In this document: piece by piece, positions 51,096-59,489 of the stretch
Layout: every line of letters starts with the position of its first letter
Position numbering within the stretch: the stretch's first letter is position 1
IMG/VR virus record: IMGVR_UViG_3300047509_000125
Span: 2,019-66,018 of that record
Source of the DNA: a virus
Lineage: Duplodnaviria > Caudoviricetes
Reading direction: 5' to 3' (one strand)
Length of the DNA stretch: 64,000 nt
The notes under the pieces: generated by a model
Database searches by the model: none
Seen by the model: only the letters and a program-made list of their open reading frames with translations
Told to the model about the DNA's origin: nothing
Translations under genes and position numbers: made by a program

Positions 51096-51235
51096 GGTAT
51101 CACGGGGTTTCAACGGCACAAGTATCAAGGCCCTGATACTGGGCAGTATCAAGGGGGATACTCTATAAGAGTATATTCCCCCCATGATACTTTACCGCCA
51201 GTATCAGATATCACGCGCCCATGAAACGATACCAA
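51096..51235. repeat. Putative replication origin: GTATCA/TGATAC repeats around a central hairpin
   Basis: Several GTATCA and TGATAC copies in both orientations; GGGGGATACTCT-AT-AAGAGTATATTCCCCC inverted repeat at about 51153-51183. Confidence 0.65.
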
Positions 51236-51242
51236 AAATAAT

Positions 51243-51530
51243 ATGAGCAAAAAACGAGAAACCAAAGCATACAAAGCCGTCGCCCGAATGCCGGCTGGCA
51301 TGTCGCATAATCCGCACAACCGAAAATATCCGGACTTCGACCTTGCCGAATCGGAAGTAATCCAATGGATCATCAAACAGCCGCCGGTCCTCCAAATGCT
51401 GTACGACTATTACCGCTTGAACAAAGCCATCGTATTCGATCCGGAAACGAAAACATGGAGCGGCACCGACGGAGCTGGCGCCGAAAGCGATACGGGAGCG
51501 CCTGAGGCGCAGGAAACGACATTCCCATGA
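51243..51530 (+). CDS. Hypothetical phage protein
   Basis: Coupled to the nuclease gene. Confidence 0.55.
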   Translation: MSKKRETKAYKAVARMPAGMSHNPHNRKYPDFDLAESEVIQWIIKQPPVLQMLYDYYRLNKAIVFDPETKTWSGTDGAGAESDTGAPEAQETTFP

Positions 51531-51979
51531 AGAGTGAGACTCGCCGATTATCGCGGGAAGAACTCGGCCGGATGTTCCCGCGGGCCAGTAAAACGTTTTT
51601 CCAAGCGAACGTTGACCCTGTCCTGCTGCCACCAGCTCCGCCAGTCAACGGCAAAGTCGAAGTCCAAGTCAAACCGCCGCGCGCTATGAACGGGACCGAG
51701 CGCAGTTTTGCTGACATACTCGAAGCCCGCTGGCGCAAAGGCGAAATCATCGCCTGGGTTTACGAAGGGCTGCGGCTCAAGTGGGGTGATTCAATGCACT
51801 ACAAACCCGACTTTGTCGTGCTGGCAGAAGACAAACCCATTACGCTAATCGAAGTGAAAGGCGCCCACATCTGGCCGCGGGATCTCGTTCGGTTCAAAGG
51901 TTGCGCCGCGGAATGGAAACAGTGGTTTCACTTTCAAATATGGCAAAGGGTGAAGGGCGTATGGACGCAACTCCGGTAG
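51527..51979 (+). CDS. PD-(D/E)xK nuclease (DUF1064-like, possible resolvase)
   Basis: MN.TE..FA..L, YKPDF, IEVKG. Confidence 0.8.
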   Translation: MKSETRRLSREELGRMFPRASKTFFQANVDPVLLPPAPPVNGKVEVQVKPPRAMNGTERSFADILEARWRKGEIIAWVYEGLRLKWGDSMHYKPDFVVLAEDKPITLIEVKGAHIWPRDLVRFKGCAAEWKQWFHFQIWQRVKGVWTQLR

Positions 51980-52204
51980 TTATGCCGCATAAAGGCGAAA
52001 CAGGACGGATGAGCGAAGCGCGGCGGCACGATCGAACTTGGCAACGCTACGAATCAGCCAGCGGTAAACGCGCGTTACTGGATACCTGGACGAAGCTGAT
52101 GGGGTCGCCAGTGTTCGATTACGAGTATGTGCGGGATCTGGAGAAGCGCGTGGTTAAAGCCGAGGAACGGATTCGAAACGGGTTGTGAAAAGAAATATCC
52201 GGTG

Positions 52205-52579
52205 TCATTTCGTCCAGTGAATCAAAAAGCCCTCGAATGGAAGACCGTGATTCGCGGCGAACCATTGACGCATTTCGAGCCAATTCGCGAAGCCGTCGGC
52301 TCGAGCGACCTTCTTTGAATCGAGTCGCGGTCGAGCGGAAAGGTCCGGCCGGTAAATTCCATGAGCCGACACAATGACCGGAAAGACGAACTTCACCACG
52401 CGCTGGCAAATCTCGCGCTGTTTAGATCGATACGGCTTTCCCTTCCAAACCCGAAGCGACACTCGCTCTCCCGGTCGCGCGTTCGGCTTCCCGTCTTTCC
52501 GCTTAGGCCGAATCGTTGTGTCTTTTGTCTCGGCGGCGATTGTCGGTTCGAATCGCGACTGAAAGAGAATCACCCTCAT
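52205..52579 (-). CDS. ASCH-domain protein
   Basis: F...I...TK.TTIR, W.GKPYRSKQ, ARADGF...EM..WF...HGLPF.G..I.W. Confidence 0.8.
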   Translation of the reverse strand: MRVILFQSRFEPTIAAETKDTTIRPKRKDGKPNARPGERVSLRVWKGKPYRSKQREICQRVVKFVFPVIVSAHGIYRPDLSARPRLDSKKVARADGFANWLEMRQWFAANHGLPFEGFLIHWTK

Positions 52580-52586
52580 GTAACTT

Positions 52587-52811
52587 TCATCGCTCCAAAC
52601 CCCATCCGTAAAACCGATGCCTGAACTCTTGGCGCCGGTTAAGGATGTAACCGTAAACCCGGTTCTTACGCCACCAATCCAACTTGAAAGGGCGATCGTT
52701 AAGCCGGTAGAACCCGCTGACGGGATATTCCCGCAGCTTGTGGTCAACGTCGTGGATTGCCAAAAGAGTCTGGGCCGGTGGCGCTTTCGCCGCTGAGTTT
52801 ATTTTAGGCAT
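52587..52811 (-). CDS. Hypothetical phage protein
   Basis: Member of the leftward operon. Confidence 0.45.
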   Translation of the reverse strand: MPKINSAAKAPPAQTLLAIHDVDHKLREYPVSGFYRLNDRPFKLDWWRKNRVYGYILNRRQEFRHRFYGWGLER

Positions 52812-52955
52812 AAAGTGCGATCATAACGGCGGTTAGTAGGAGAGCCAAAATCTGCAAGACTTTAATCAGGCAGAGACGGCGATAGGTGATGTTTTTATGT
52901 GTGTTCACATTTCGCGGCGCCTCGTTCGCGAAGACGCCGCGCCTACGCGAACACG

Positions 52956-53357
52956 CTAAGACGTAGGAACGTCGTTTACATCCCAATGGCAAACCGGGCA
53001 TACGAAACTCGAATAGCCTAACCAGCCGTCGTAATACACCAGTTCCCGGTCAGGATGCGATGGGCATCTAGCTTGCGGTTTCTGCTCCTCCTCCGGTTTA
53101 ACCGGCTCGGGCATACTCAGCCCAAAGCCGATCTCGTTTAGGTCGCAGATGGTGTCATAAAGGAAATTCTCGCGCTCGTTGCGCGTGTGGGTTTCCTCCA
53201 GGTGATCGAAATCAATCACCTCGATGTCGGCGCGCTCCAAGTCGGTGTAAACCGATTGAACAACTCCGCCTTCAACGTGGATTCTGATCTTGGGCAGTGG
53301 TGGTGCGCTTACTGCCGGCGCCGTGGCCTTGTGTGTTGTTGTTGTTTGCGTATTCAT
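52956..53357 (-). CDS. Hypothetical protein with C-terminal Zn ribbon
   Basis: VEGGVVQSV; CPSH...CPVC. Confidence 0.6.
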   Translation of the reverse strand: MNTQTTTTHKATAPAVSAPPLPKIRIHVEGGVVQSVYTDLERADIEVIDFDHLEETHTRNERENFLYDTICDLNEIGFGLSMPEPVKPEEEQKPQARCPSHPDRELVYYDGWLGYSSFVCPVCHWDVNDVPTS

Positions 53358-53399
53358 ATCAGCGCAGCCGCGGGCTTGAACCGTGGCCGCGCGGTATAA

Positions 53400-54056
53400 T
53401 CACGACTCGTTAGCGAAAGCTGCGGTAACTAAGGATTGGAATTGTTTACGTTGTTTCGATTCCGCAGCGGCCCGTGCAGCGGCCCATGCAGCGGCCCATG
53501 CAGCGGCCCATGCAGCGGCCCGCGCAGCGGCCCATGCAGCGTCCCGCGCAGCGGCCCATGCAGCGTCCCGCGCAGCGGCCCATGCAGCGGCCCGCGCAGC
53601 GGCCCATGCAGCGTCCCATGCAGCGGCCCGCGCAGCGGCCCATGCAGCGTCCCATGCAGCGGCCCGCGCAGCGTCCCGTAATTCTTCCTTACCCGTTTCG
53701 AGGTATTCTTTAACTACTGCGGGAGCATCCCAAAGGTGGATAACCGATAGGGCGCACCAACGGGCGAAGTTACGCAGAACCGTTTCGGCGTTTATTGAGG
53801 CAATGATTTTGCGTTCGCGTCCAACCCACTTGTCGATTGGGTTGTCGTGGCTCACTAAATCGCCTCGAAGTACAACTTTATGCAGTAGGTTGCCAGGGGC
53901 GTATTTCAGGGCATCGAAGGGATGTTGCGAAGCATGGAGACCTGCCACGCACGGTTCAATCGCGCCATCGTGTTTCAACCATTCACCGACCAGCGGAATA
54001 GATTGACCATTTCGTAAAGTGTCACCTGTGAAGTGGAATCCTGTTATTTGTTTCAT
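53400..54056 (-). CDS. Phage protein with AAWDAA/AARAAA tandem repeats
   Basis: C.AGLHAS N-terminal domain, FARWCA, then 4-aa repeats. Confidence 0.75.
   Translation of the reverse strand: MKQITGFHFTGDTLRNGQSIPLVGEWLKHDGAIEPCVAGLHASQHPFDALKYAPGNLLHKVVLRGDLVSHDNPIDKWVGRERKIIASINAETVLRNFARWCALSVIHLWDAPAVVKEYLETGKEELRDAARAAAWDAAWAAARAAAWDAAWAAARAAAWAAARDAAWAAARDAAWAAARAAAWAAAWAAAWAAARAAAESKQRKQFQSLVTAAFANES
53464..53679. repeat. 18 x 12-bp tandem repeat GCAGCG(G/T)CCC(AT/GC/GT)
   Basis: Direct reading. Confidence 0.9.
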
Positions 54057-54222
54057 TGTGTCACCTCGCTTTCCTGTTCAACCGCGCGCCGTAACTCCTC
54101 TTTGCGCGCTTTGAATTGTTCCTTCACTTGTTCCAGCCGACGCCGACGTTCATCAGCCGCGCGTTGTATCGCGGCTTGAGCGCTTGGCGTCTGCCACCAT
54201 TTCGAGAGTGCAATGGTGTCAC

Positions 54223-54966
54223 TCATATTCCAAGCCTCCCTTGTCCGCTGCCCAGCCTTCCGCTACTCCCGCGAAGGTTGATCGAGGCGCCAGCCCGCCG
54301 TCCCGCGTCCCTCGCGCTTTCGTTGTAGGTCGTCCGATGCGAACCACCCGAACGCAGCCGCATATTCTTTTTCGTCCATTCGTCTACCTCGGCCGCGCGC
54401 TGAACCATTAACGCAGCCGATTTCTCAACGATCATCAGCGCATGCTGCCCGCCAGTCTGGAATGCCTCGCTTTTAACCGCGGCGATTGTTTCAGTTGCCG
54501 ACTCGCGCAACCGCTTGGCGACCGACTCAACCGCGCCAAGTCTGAAATTGTTCCAGTAGGTGCGCCCGGCTCCTTTGCAATCGCGCGCAGCCAGCCGTTC
54601 AATCTCCCGCACTAACCAAGCGAACATGTACCGGACGGTCTGAACGTCCGACGCGCGCCCAATTAAGCAGATTCCGCCATTGCCGAGATAGACCCGGCAC
54701 TGATTGGCCTTAGCGATACTGACTGACAACTGAGTTTTCCAACGGTCAACCTTAGTCGCGCGTTCCAGTGGATCGAAATCGAAATTGGCAATCGGTTCGT
54801 CACTGTGGACCTCGCTCCCGGCGCCATTAACCGCGTCAGCGGATAACTTGAACCTGTCCATGATTTCCTGCGCGCGACTCAGCGCAAGCGCCGCTTCGTG
54901 CGGATTAGAGGAAGTTGAGAGGCGAAGGAGTTTCGCCGCTTTTTGTAATGCTTCGGCATGATTCAT
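54223..54966 (-). CDS. DUF2786-family protein
   Basis: KAAKLLRLS.SSNPHEA.LAL.RAQ.IM; IGR.SDV; NNFRLG; GR.AG. Confidence 0.8.
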   Translation of the reverse strand: MNHAEALQKAAKLLRLSTSSNPHEAALALSRAQEIMDRFKLSADAVNGAGSEVHSDEPIANFDFDPLERATKVDRWKTQLSVSIAKANQCRVYLGNGGICLIGRASDVQTVRYMFAWLVREIERLAARDCKGAGRTYWNNFRLGAVESVAKRLRESATETIAAVKSEAFQTGGQHALMIVEKSAALMVQRAAEVDEWTKKNMRLRSGGSHRTTYNESARDAGRRAGASINLRGSSGRLGSGQGRLGI

Positions 54967-55394
54967 TGCGCCACCTCCGCTTTCTCGCCGGTCTCAATTT
55001 CATGCGTCTGACCTATGTCAAACACCGTTCCCAGGATGAAACCAGTCTTCTCGTCCAGTTCACCCGTCTCCTTATCCTTCCGCCCAATCGGAACCCATAT
55101 AATTGAACCGTGCTGGCCTTTGGTGACGCATCGCCCATGCTTCAACCATTGCCGGAACCCGCCCACAACCGACGCAACCGGGTTCTGCATAGCGATCATG
55201 ATCTGATTCCGTAACGTCAAGCCGCGGCCGTCAATGGTCGTAATCCCAACCCGTGCCGCCCATGCCGCCAATTCCGTCTCACTCAGCGCTTTGATCTGTT
55301 GCGCATACTGCCCCGCCAGCGCTCGCCGGGCAGACCCGCGGGAAGTCTTTTCAGGCGCTTCCGTGCCGTTATCGTTTTCTTGTTGCGTGTTCAT
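54963..55394 (-). CDS. ArdC-N-like ssDNA-binding antirestriction domain protein
   Basis: RNQIMI..Q.P.A..V.GF.QW...GR.V.KG..G..I..P...F....VFD..QT. Confidence 0.8.
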   Translation of the reverse strand: MNTQQENDNGTEAPEKTSRGSARRALAGQYAQQIKALSETELAAWAARVGITTIDGRGLTLRNQIMIAMQNPVASVVGGFRQWLKHGRCVTKGQHGSIIWVPIGRKDKETGELDEKTGFILGTVFDIGQTHEIETGEKAEVAQ

Positions 55395-55444
55395 CAGACC
55401 GGCCGGCGGCGCCTCCAACGCTCCGGCCGGGTTTGTTAAACGCG

Positions 55445-55858
55445 CTATGCTCCAAAACAGGCATTCGACGCATCCGAGCCGCGCGCCTCATGCGGCCGGC
55501 GCGCGGGTTTGGGCTCAGCTCTGGCGATAGCTGCGCGCGCACATTCAATCTCGGGCTGCATAGGGCTGTAGGGATTGCCGAGCGGGTCGTTGGCGATCGC
55601 CAACAGCGCCTTGCATGACTCAAGTAACAAATTGCGCTGTTCGATCATGCCTGTGAGCTGGCGCACGTAGTCCTCGAGCTGCCCGCGAAGCTCATCGGCT
55701 CGCCGCGCGTTCATTAGCGCGCGCCGGCGCCAATCCTCAAGCTCACTCTGTAGCCGCTCTTCCCGAAGCAAGGCTTCGTGTAATTTGATGCTCGCATATT
55801 CCGCAGCGGTAACTTCTTTCCCCGCGGCCATTGCTTCCGGTTGCGTGTTCTTCTTCAT
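55445..55858 (-). CDS. Coiled-coil hypothetical protein
   Basis: LLESCKALL...ARAAIARAE ending typical of phage early proteins. Confidence 0.55.
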   Translation of the reverse strand: MKKNTQPEAMAAGKEVTAAEYASIKLHEALLREERLQSELEDWRRRALMNARRADELRGQLEDYVRQLTGMIEQRNLLLESCKALLAIANDPLGNPYSPMQPEIECARAAIARAEPKPARRPHEARGSDASNACFGA

Positions 55859-55922
55859 GCCAGCAGTAGACAGCATGCAAGCAAGATACGCAACCAACTA
55901 TTTGCGCCAAACGAAATAAACC

Positions 55923-56087
55923 CTATTCTGGCACGCTCTGTGCTACTTGCTTGCAAGATGCTTTCCGCTTCGCTTGCCACGCTTTACCAGCTTTCCGCGC
56001 GATCTCCGCCCGCCTCTCCGCCGTCAAACTCTCCGCTCGCGCTTTCCCGCCCTTCGCCGCAAATTGTTTCAACGTCATCCCACTCAT
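55923..56087 (-). CDS. Small basic KGG-motif protein
   Basis: KGGKARAESLTAERRAEIARKAGKA. Confidence 0.7.
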   Translation of the reverse strand: MSGMTLKQFAAKGGKARAESLTAERRAEIARKAGKAWQAKRKASCKQVAQSVPE

Positions 56088-56097
56088 AATTAGAAAC

Positions 56098-56158
56098 AAG
56101 CTAGCAAGATCAACCGCAATCGTCAACGCTTGACTATCAGCCCGATTCAACGTAAGCC
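56098..56158. promoter_or_regulatory. Back-to-back divergent sigma70-like promoters
   Basis: Minus strand TTGACG(56126-56121)-17-TAGCTT; plus strand TTGACT(56130)-17-TAAGCC. Confidence 0.55.
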
Positions 56159-56174
56159 TTTACGCACGTCTTCC

Positions 56175-56633
56175 ATGCCTCAAGATCAGATCGACTGGCC
56201 AGGTATCAGAGCCGCGGCCGTCGTTGCCGGTGTTCGTAGAGCTGCCCGCGAAGCTGCCGGCGATTTGCCTCCAACAGAAGTGCGGACATTCGTAAATCGT
56301 GTTATGCGACGTGCCAGCCGCGAACATTGGCTAGATAAAGCTAACAGCGCGAAAGATTTAACTCCCGCCGGTAAGCCGATGTCCGCACCAGTCCGCACTG
56401 GTGCCCGTTCCCTCGAAAATCTGCTACAGCGTGATAATCACGAAACAAAATTTGCGCTCTCGACCGCCGCTCGCAAGGGTGCGCAGACCTTAGCTAAGAT
56501 GCCTGGCGGGAAGGTCTTAGACCGTAGCAAAGAGCTGAAAGACGTGACCTCGGCCGCGTCCCAGGTGCACGGATGGGACCAACGGTTTACCGGCGTGACG
56601 ATTCAGCTCAACGTGTTGAATGTCGAACGCTAA
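56175..56633 (+). CDS. Putative terminase small subunit
   Basis: IDW..IR...HTH...RRASREHW N-terminus, helical core, beta-type tail VTIQLNVL; near TerL. Confidence 0.55.
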   Translation: MPQDQIDWPGIRAAAVVAGVRRAAREAAGDLPPTEVRTFVNRVMRRASREHWLDKANSAKDLTPAGKPMSAPVRTGARSLENLLQRDNHETKFALSTAARKGAQTLAKMPGGKVLDRSKELKDVTSAASQVHGWDQRFTGVTIQLNVLNVER

Positions 56634-56759
56634 GTGCCTCAGTATCAACGGCCGCCAATTCGGATTTGTTATGGTGGCTGTAGCTGAGAATGATACACGC
56701 TAACGATCTCGCGACCAGCTACTTGCGATAACATCAGACAATGGTCCATCATATAAAGT

Positions 56760-56775
56760 TGTTCCACATGGAACA
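56760..56775. promoter_or_regulatory. parS-like palindrome
   Basis: TGTTCCACATGGAACA, one mismatch from TGTTCCACGTGGAACA. Confidence 0.55.
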
Positions 56776-56888
56776 TGATCGAAGCATTCTTTCTCTCTCA
56801 GCGCTCGCGGCCGGCACCCCGGCAGACCCCCCAGGCGGCACCCACGATGATATAAGGTGCCGTCGTGAAATTTTCCCTCCAAAAAAAG

Positions 56889-57005
56889 GTGAGCAGCGTT
56901 GTGGACGGGGACACAATAAAGGTTGGACGACTTGAACCTACAAGTCGGAGCGTCAAGTATGACGAGTCATAAAACTACAGCGGGTTCAATTCCCGCCTGC
57001 TCACG
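56889..57005 (+). ncRNA. tRNA-like structured RNA (8-bp acceptor-like stem, canonical T-arm, no canonical anticodon arm)
   Basis: GTGAGCAG/CTGCTCAC stem; GCGGG-TTCAATT-CCCGC; flanked by the 14-bp direct repeat CCCTCCAAAAAAAG. Confidence 0.6.
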
Positions 57006-57459
57006 CCCTCCAAAAAAAGAGTGGTTAGGGCGAGAAGGTGTGATAGTGTTACGGCCCAAGACTGGAGGTGATTCGTATCTCTTTACTGAATCTATTATAC
57101 TGGGTTTTGCTGGTGTTAGGGTTGGTGATCCTATTTGTGCCGATGTCGATGTATGCAGGGCATCCGTATGTGCCTGGGCTGCTGTGGGTGGCACTCTTTG
57201 TGATAATCGGGTTGAAGAGTTTTCGGACGCCGTTGAGTTGAAACGACAATGCCCGCAAAAATAACGGATTTGAACCTAAAACACCGGAGCGACTGCCCGC
57301 TTCATTTGGCGCAGTTACAGAGACGACTTCGAGTTAAGCGAGGTGGAAGCGTTGCTGAATACCGGGTGCAATGTCCGAATTGCGGGATGTCCGTACCATT
57401 TCATCCCCCGCCACTTGGAACAGAACACCTTACTGGGAATCGCTGGCGAGACATTGAGA

Positions 57460-59343
57460 TCAAAACATAGCGTCCTCGGATTCGAGGGCGTAAGAGTCTG
57501 AGTAGGAGTTTTCGTCGGAATCGAAATCGAGTTCGCGGGCAGCTTTTTCGAAGGATTGGGTAGCGGCTTGGGTGGTGGTGGTGACAATGGCGGCGTTGAT
57601 TTGTTTTTCCTGGCGTAGGAGGTCGATACCAGCGGCGAGCGCGTCCATTTCGTTTGGGGAAGGGATACCGCGGGATTTCATGTCCTCCTTTTTTTCGACG
57701 GATATTTTTCGGCCTTTGAGGTCGTGGAGGCGTGAACAGAGTTGGGCGGCGGTTTTTTCGTCGAGCCCTCGGATCATGTCCGCTTCGATGAAGAGTTTGA
57801 TGGAGAAACAGAGTTCGGTGATACGTCGATCATAACGCTCTTTGGCGGGGGTAGGATCTTGGTCGGAAGTAATGGAATCGGATGGAGCTCCGCCTTCTTC
57901 GCAGGTGTGGATAAGTTGGGAATATTCTCGTTTGAGGACAGCAGCAGCACCTCTTCCAGTACCGGTGGACGCGATAACGAATTCGTCTGGGGGAATGGAT
58001 CTGGACTGATTGAGTTCCTGAACTTTACGCGCGATTTGGTATTCGGCTGGGTTATTCGGGTCATCAGCGTTGATGGGTATCTGAATAACTTCATCGAGCA
58101 TTACTCGGAGTTTGAGGAGAGAATGATCGGTTTCCTCGAGGTTAAGAGAGAGGCCGCGTTTGAAGGTACGATAGATACATGGATCGCCGCCGAACCCTGG
58201 GTCGAGCATGGCGGAGGTGATAAACGATGAGTGCCACTTCACTTTGTCGCGGCAACGGAAGCGAGAGATCATGGCTTCGGAACAGATGGTGTTATCGGCG
58301 CCTTCAGGGGGTTCGAGGCCGCGGTACATGATCCAGATGATTGGGGCGTTGGGGGAACCGGCGTCACGCACGGCTGAATCGATGTCACATTGGCGGACGA
58401 TCCCGGTCCACTTGTTATTGTCGCGGAGATTGGGGCTATCCCAGGCATCGAACCGGAGACATTTGACGCCAGTGGTGGATAGCCAGGATTTGTGGGAGAC
58501 CGTGACGGGTTTACCTGGGCTTGGTTCCATGAGTTTACCGAGGGGATTGAACATCGATGGTCTATTCCCGAGCCAGATACATTGGAACTCTTTTGTGCCT
58601 GAGCGGAGATTGGCGCGGGAATCGGGCACGGCTTGGGTGATGGAATCGGTTTCATCCCCGATTAGGAGGATTCGTTTGGCGTGGAACCCCTTTACCTTAT
58701 TGATTTGGGTTTCGAGATCGCCTTCACCTACGCCGATGATATGGATACCGTGACCTTCGTCCCGTTGGGAGTTGGCCAGGAGTGGACAGATTGAGGGCAC
58801 GGGGGAACCCAACATCCGACTTTCGTTGTACCCGGTTTTGCGGACGAACTCGGAGAAGTAAGCCGAGACCGATTTCCATATCCGCATTTTCGCGCCTTTG
58901 ATGGTGTTGGAGACGATAATGACGGCGGTTTGGGCGGTGTTACAGAGGTAGAACGTGAGACCGTAGAGGCCGGCTGAAGTGGATTTAGAGGACGTGGTAC
59001 AGCCACAGATGGCGGTTTGTTCGTTGGAACAGAAATCTTCGGTGGCTCTGGCTGACCAGTCCTGAAACTCGAACGTGTGGGGGAACGCGAGTTGACAGAA
59101 TTGGCGGAAATGTTGGTAACGACCGGTACCGGTGTAAGAGCGTTTTGGATCGTCTTGCGGGAACGGCCAGGAGAAGGGATCTTGTTCGAGTTGGGGAGCG
59201 AACCGGAATAGGCCGAGGATACAGGTGACATCGGGCCACGCGGAATCGAACGCGATCCCGTCAATAATTTTCCAGTCGCGCGGCGGTTTTGTGTTGCGCT
59301 GGGGTTGTTTCGGTGGTTTAACCTTAGGCGTAGGAGAGATCAT
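57460..59343 (-). CDS. terL: Terminase large subunit
   Basis: Walker A-like GCTTSSKS, KGFH, Walker B LLIGDE, GN.P, nuclease LDPGFGGD and SPNEMDA; start uncertain (59343 or 59433). Confidence 0.85.
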   Translation of the reverse strand: MISPTPKVKPPKQPQRNTKPPRDWKIIDGIAFDSAWPDVTCILGLFRFAPQLEQDPFSWPFPQDDPKRSYTGTGRYQHFRQFCQLAFPHTFEFQDWSARATEDFCSNEQTAICGCTTSSKSTSAGLYGLTFYLCNTAQTAVIIVSNTIKGAKMRIWKSVSAYFSEFVRKTGYNESRMLGSPVPSICPLLANSQRDEGHGIHIIGVGEGDLETQINKVKGFHAKRILLIGDETDSITQAVPDSRANLRSGTKEFQCIWLGNRPSMFNPLGKLMEPSPGKPVTVSHKSWLSTTGVKCLRFDAWDSPNLRDNNKWTGIVRQCDIDSAVRDAGSPNAPIIWIMYRGLEPPEGADNTICSEAMISRFRCRDKVKWHSSFITSAMLDPGFGGDPCIYRTFKRGLSLNLEETDHSLLKLRVMLDEVIQIPINADDPNNPAEYQIARKVQELNQSRSIPPDEFVIASTGTGRGAAAVLKREYSQLIHTCEEGGAPSDSITSDQDPTPAKERYDRRITELCFSIKLFIEADMIRGLDEKTAAQLCSRLHDLKGRKISVEKKEDMKSRGIPSPNEMDALAAGIDLLRQEKQINAAIVTTTTQAATQSFEKAARELDFDSDENSYSDSYALESEDAMF

Positions 59344-59489
59344 CGGAGTTGGGTGAGATGAAATCAAACCGTAAAGAGCACGGCAGTACTTGTGACCGAG
59401 GCGACAGGCTCCCGTTTGTTGACCTTGGGACATCTCACCCAGATGATCGATCCCGCAAGATACTGTCGTGCCTTTTGCGGTTAGGTTGA

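Noticed and set aside
53383-54006. Plus-strand and alternative-frame repeat ORFs (AAHAAA, GPCS, MQRP, MGRC)
   Set aside because: By-products of the 12-bp repeat; the minus-strand 53400-54056 frame has the globular domain and operon context
56889-57005. Canonical tRNA or amber (CUA) suppressor
   Set aside because: The CTA lies in a 6-nt loop without U33, the element is too long, and long ORFs read normally with TAG as stop, so there is no sign of recoding
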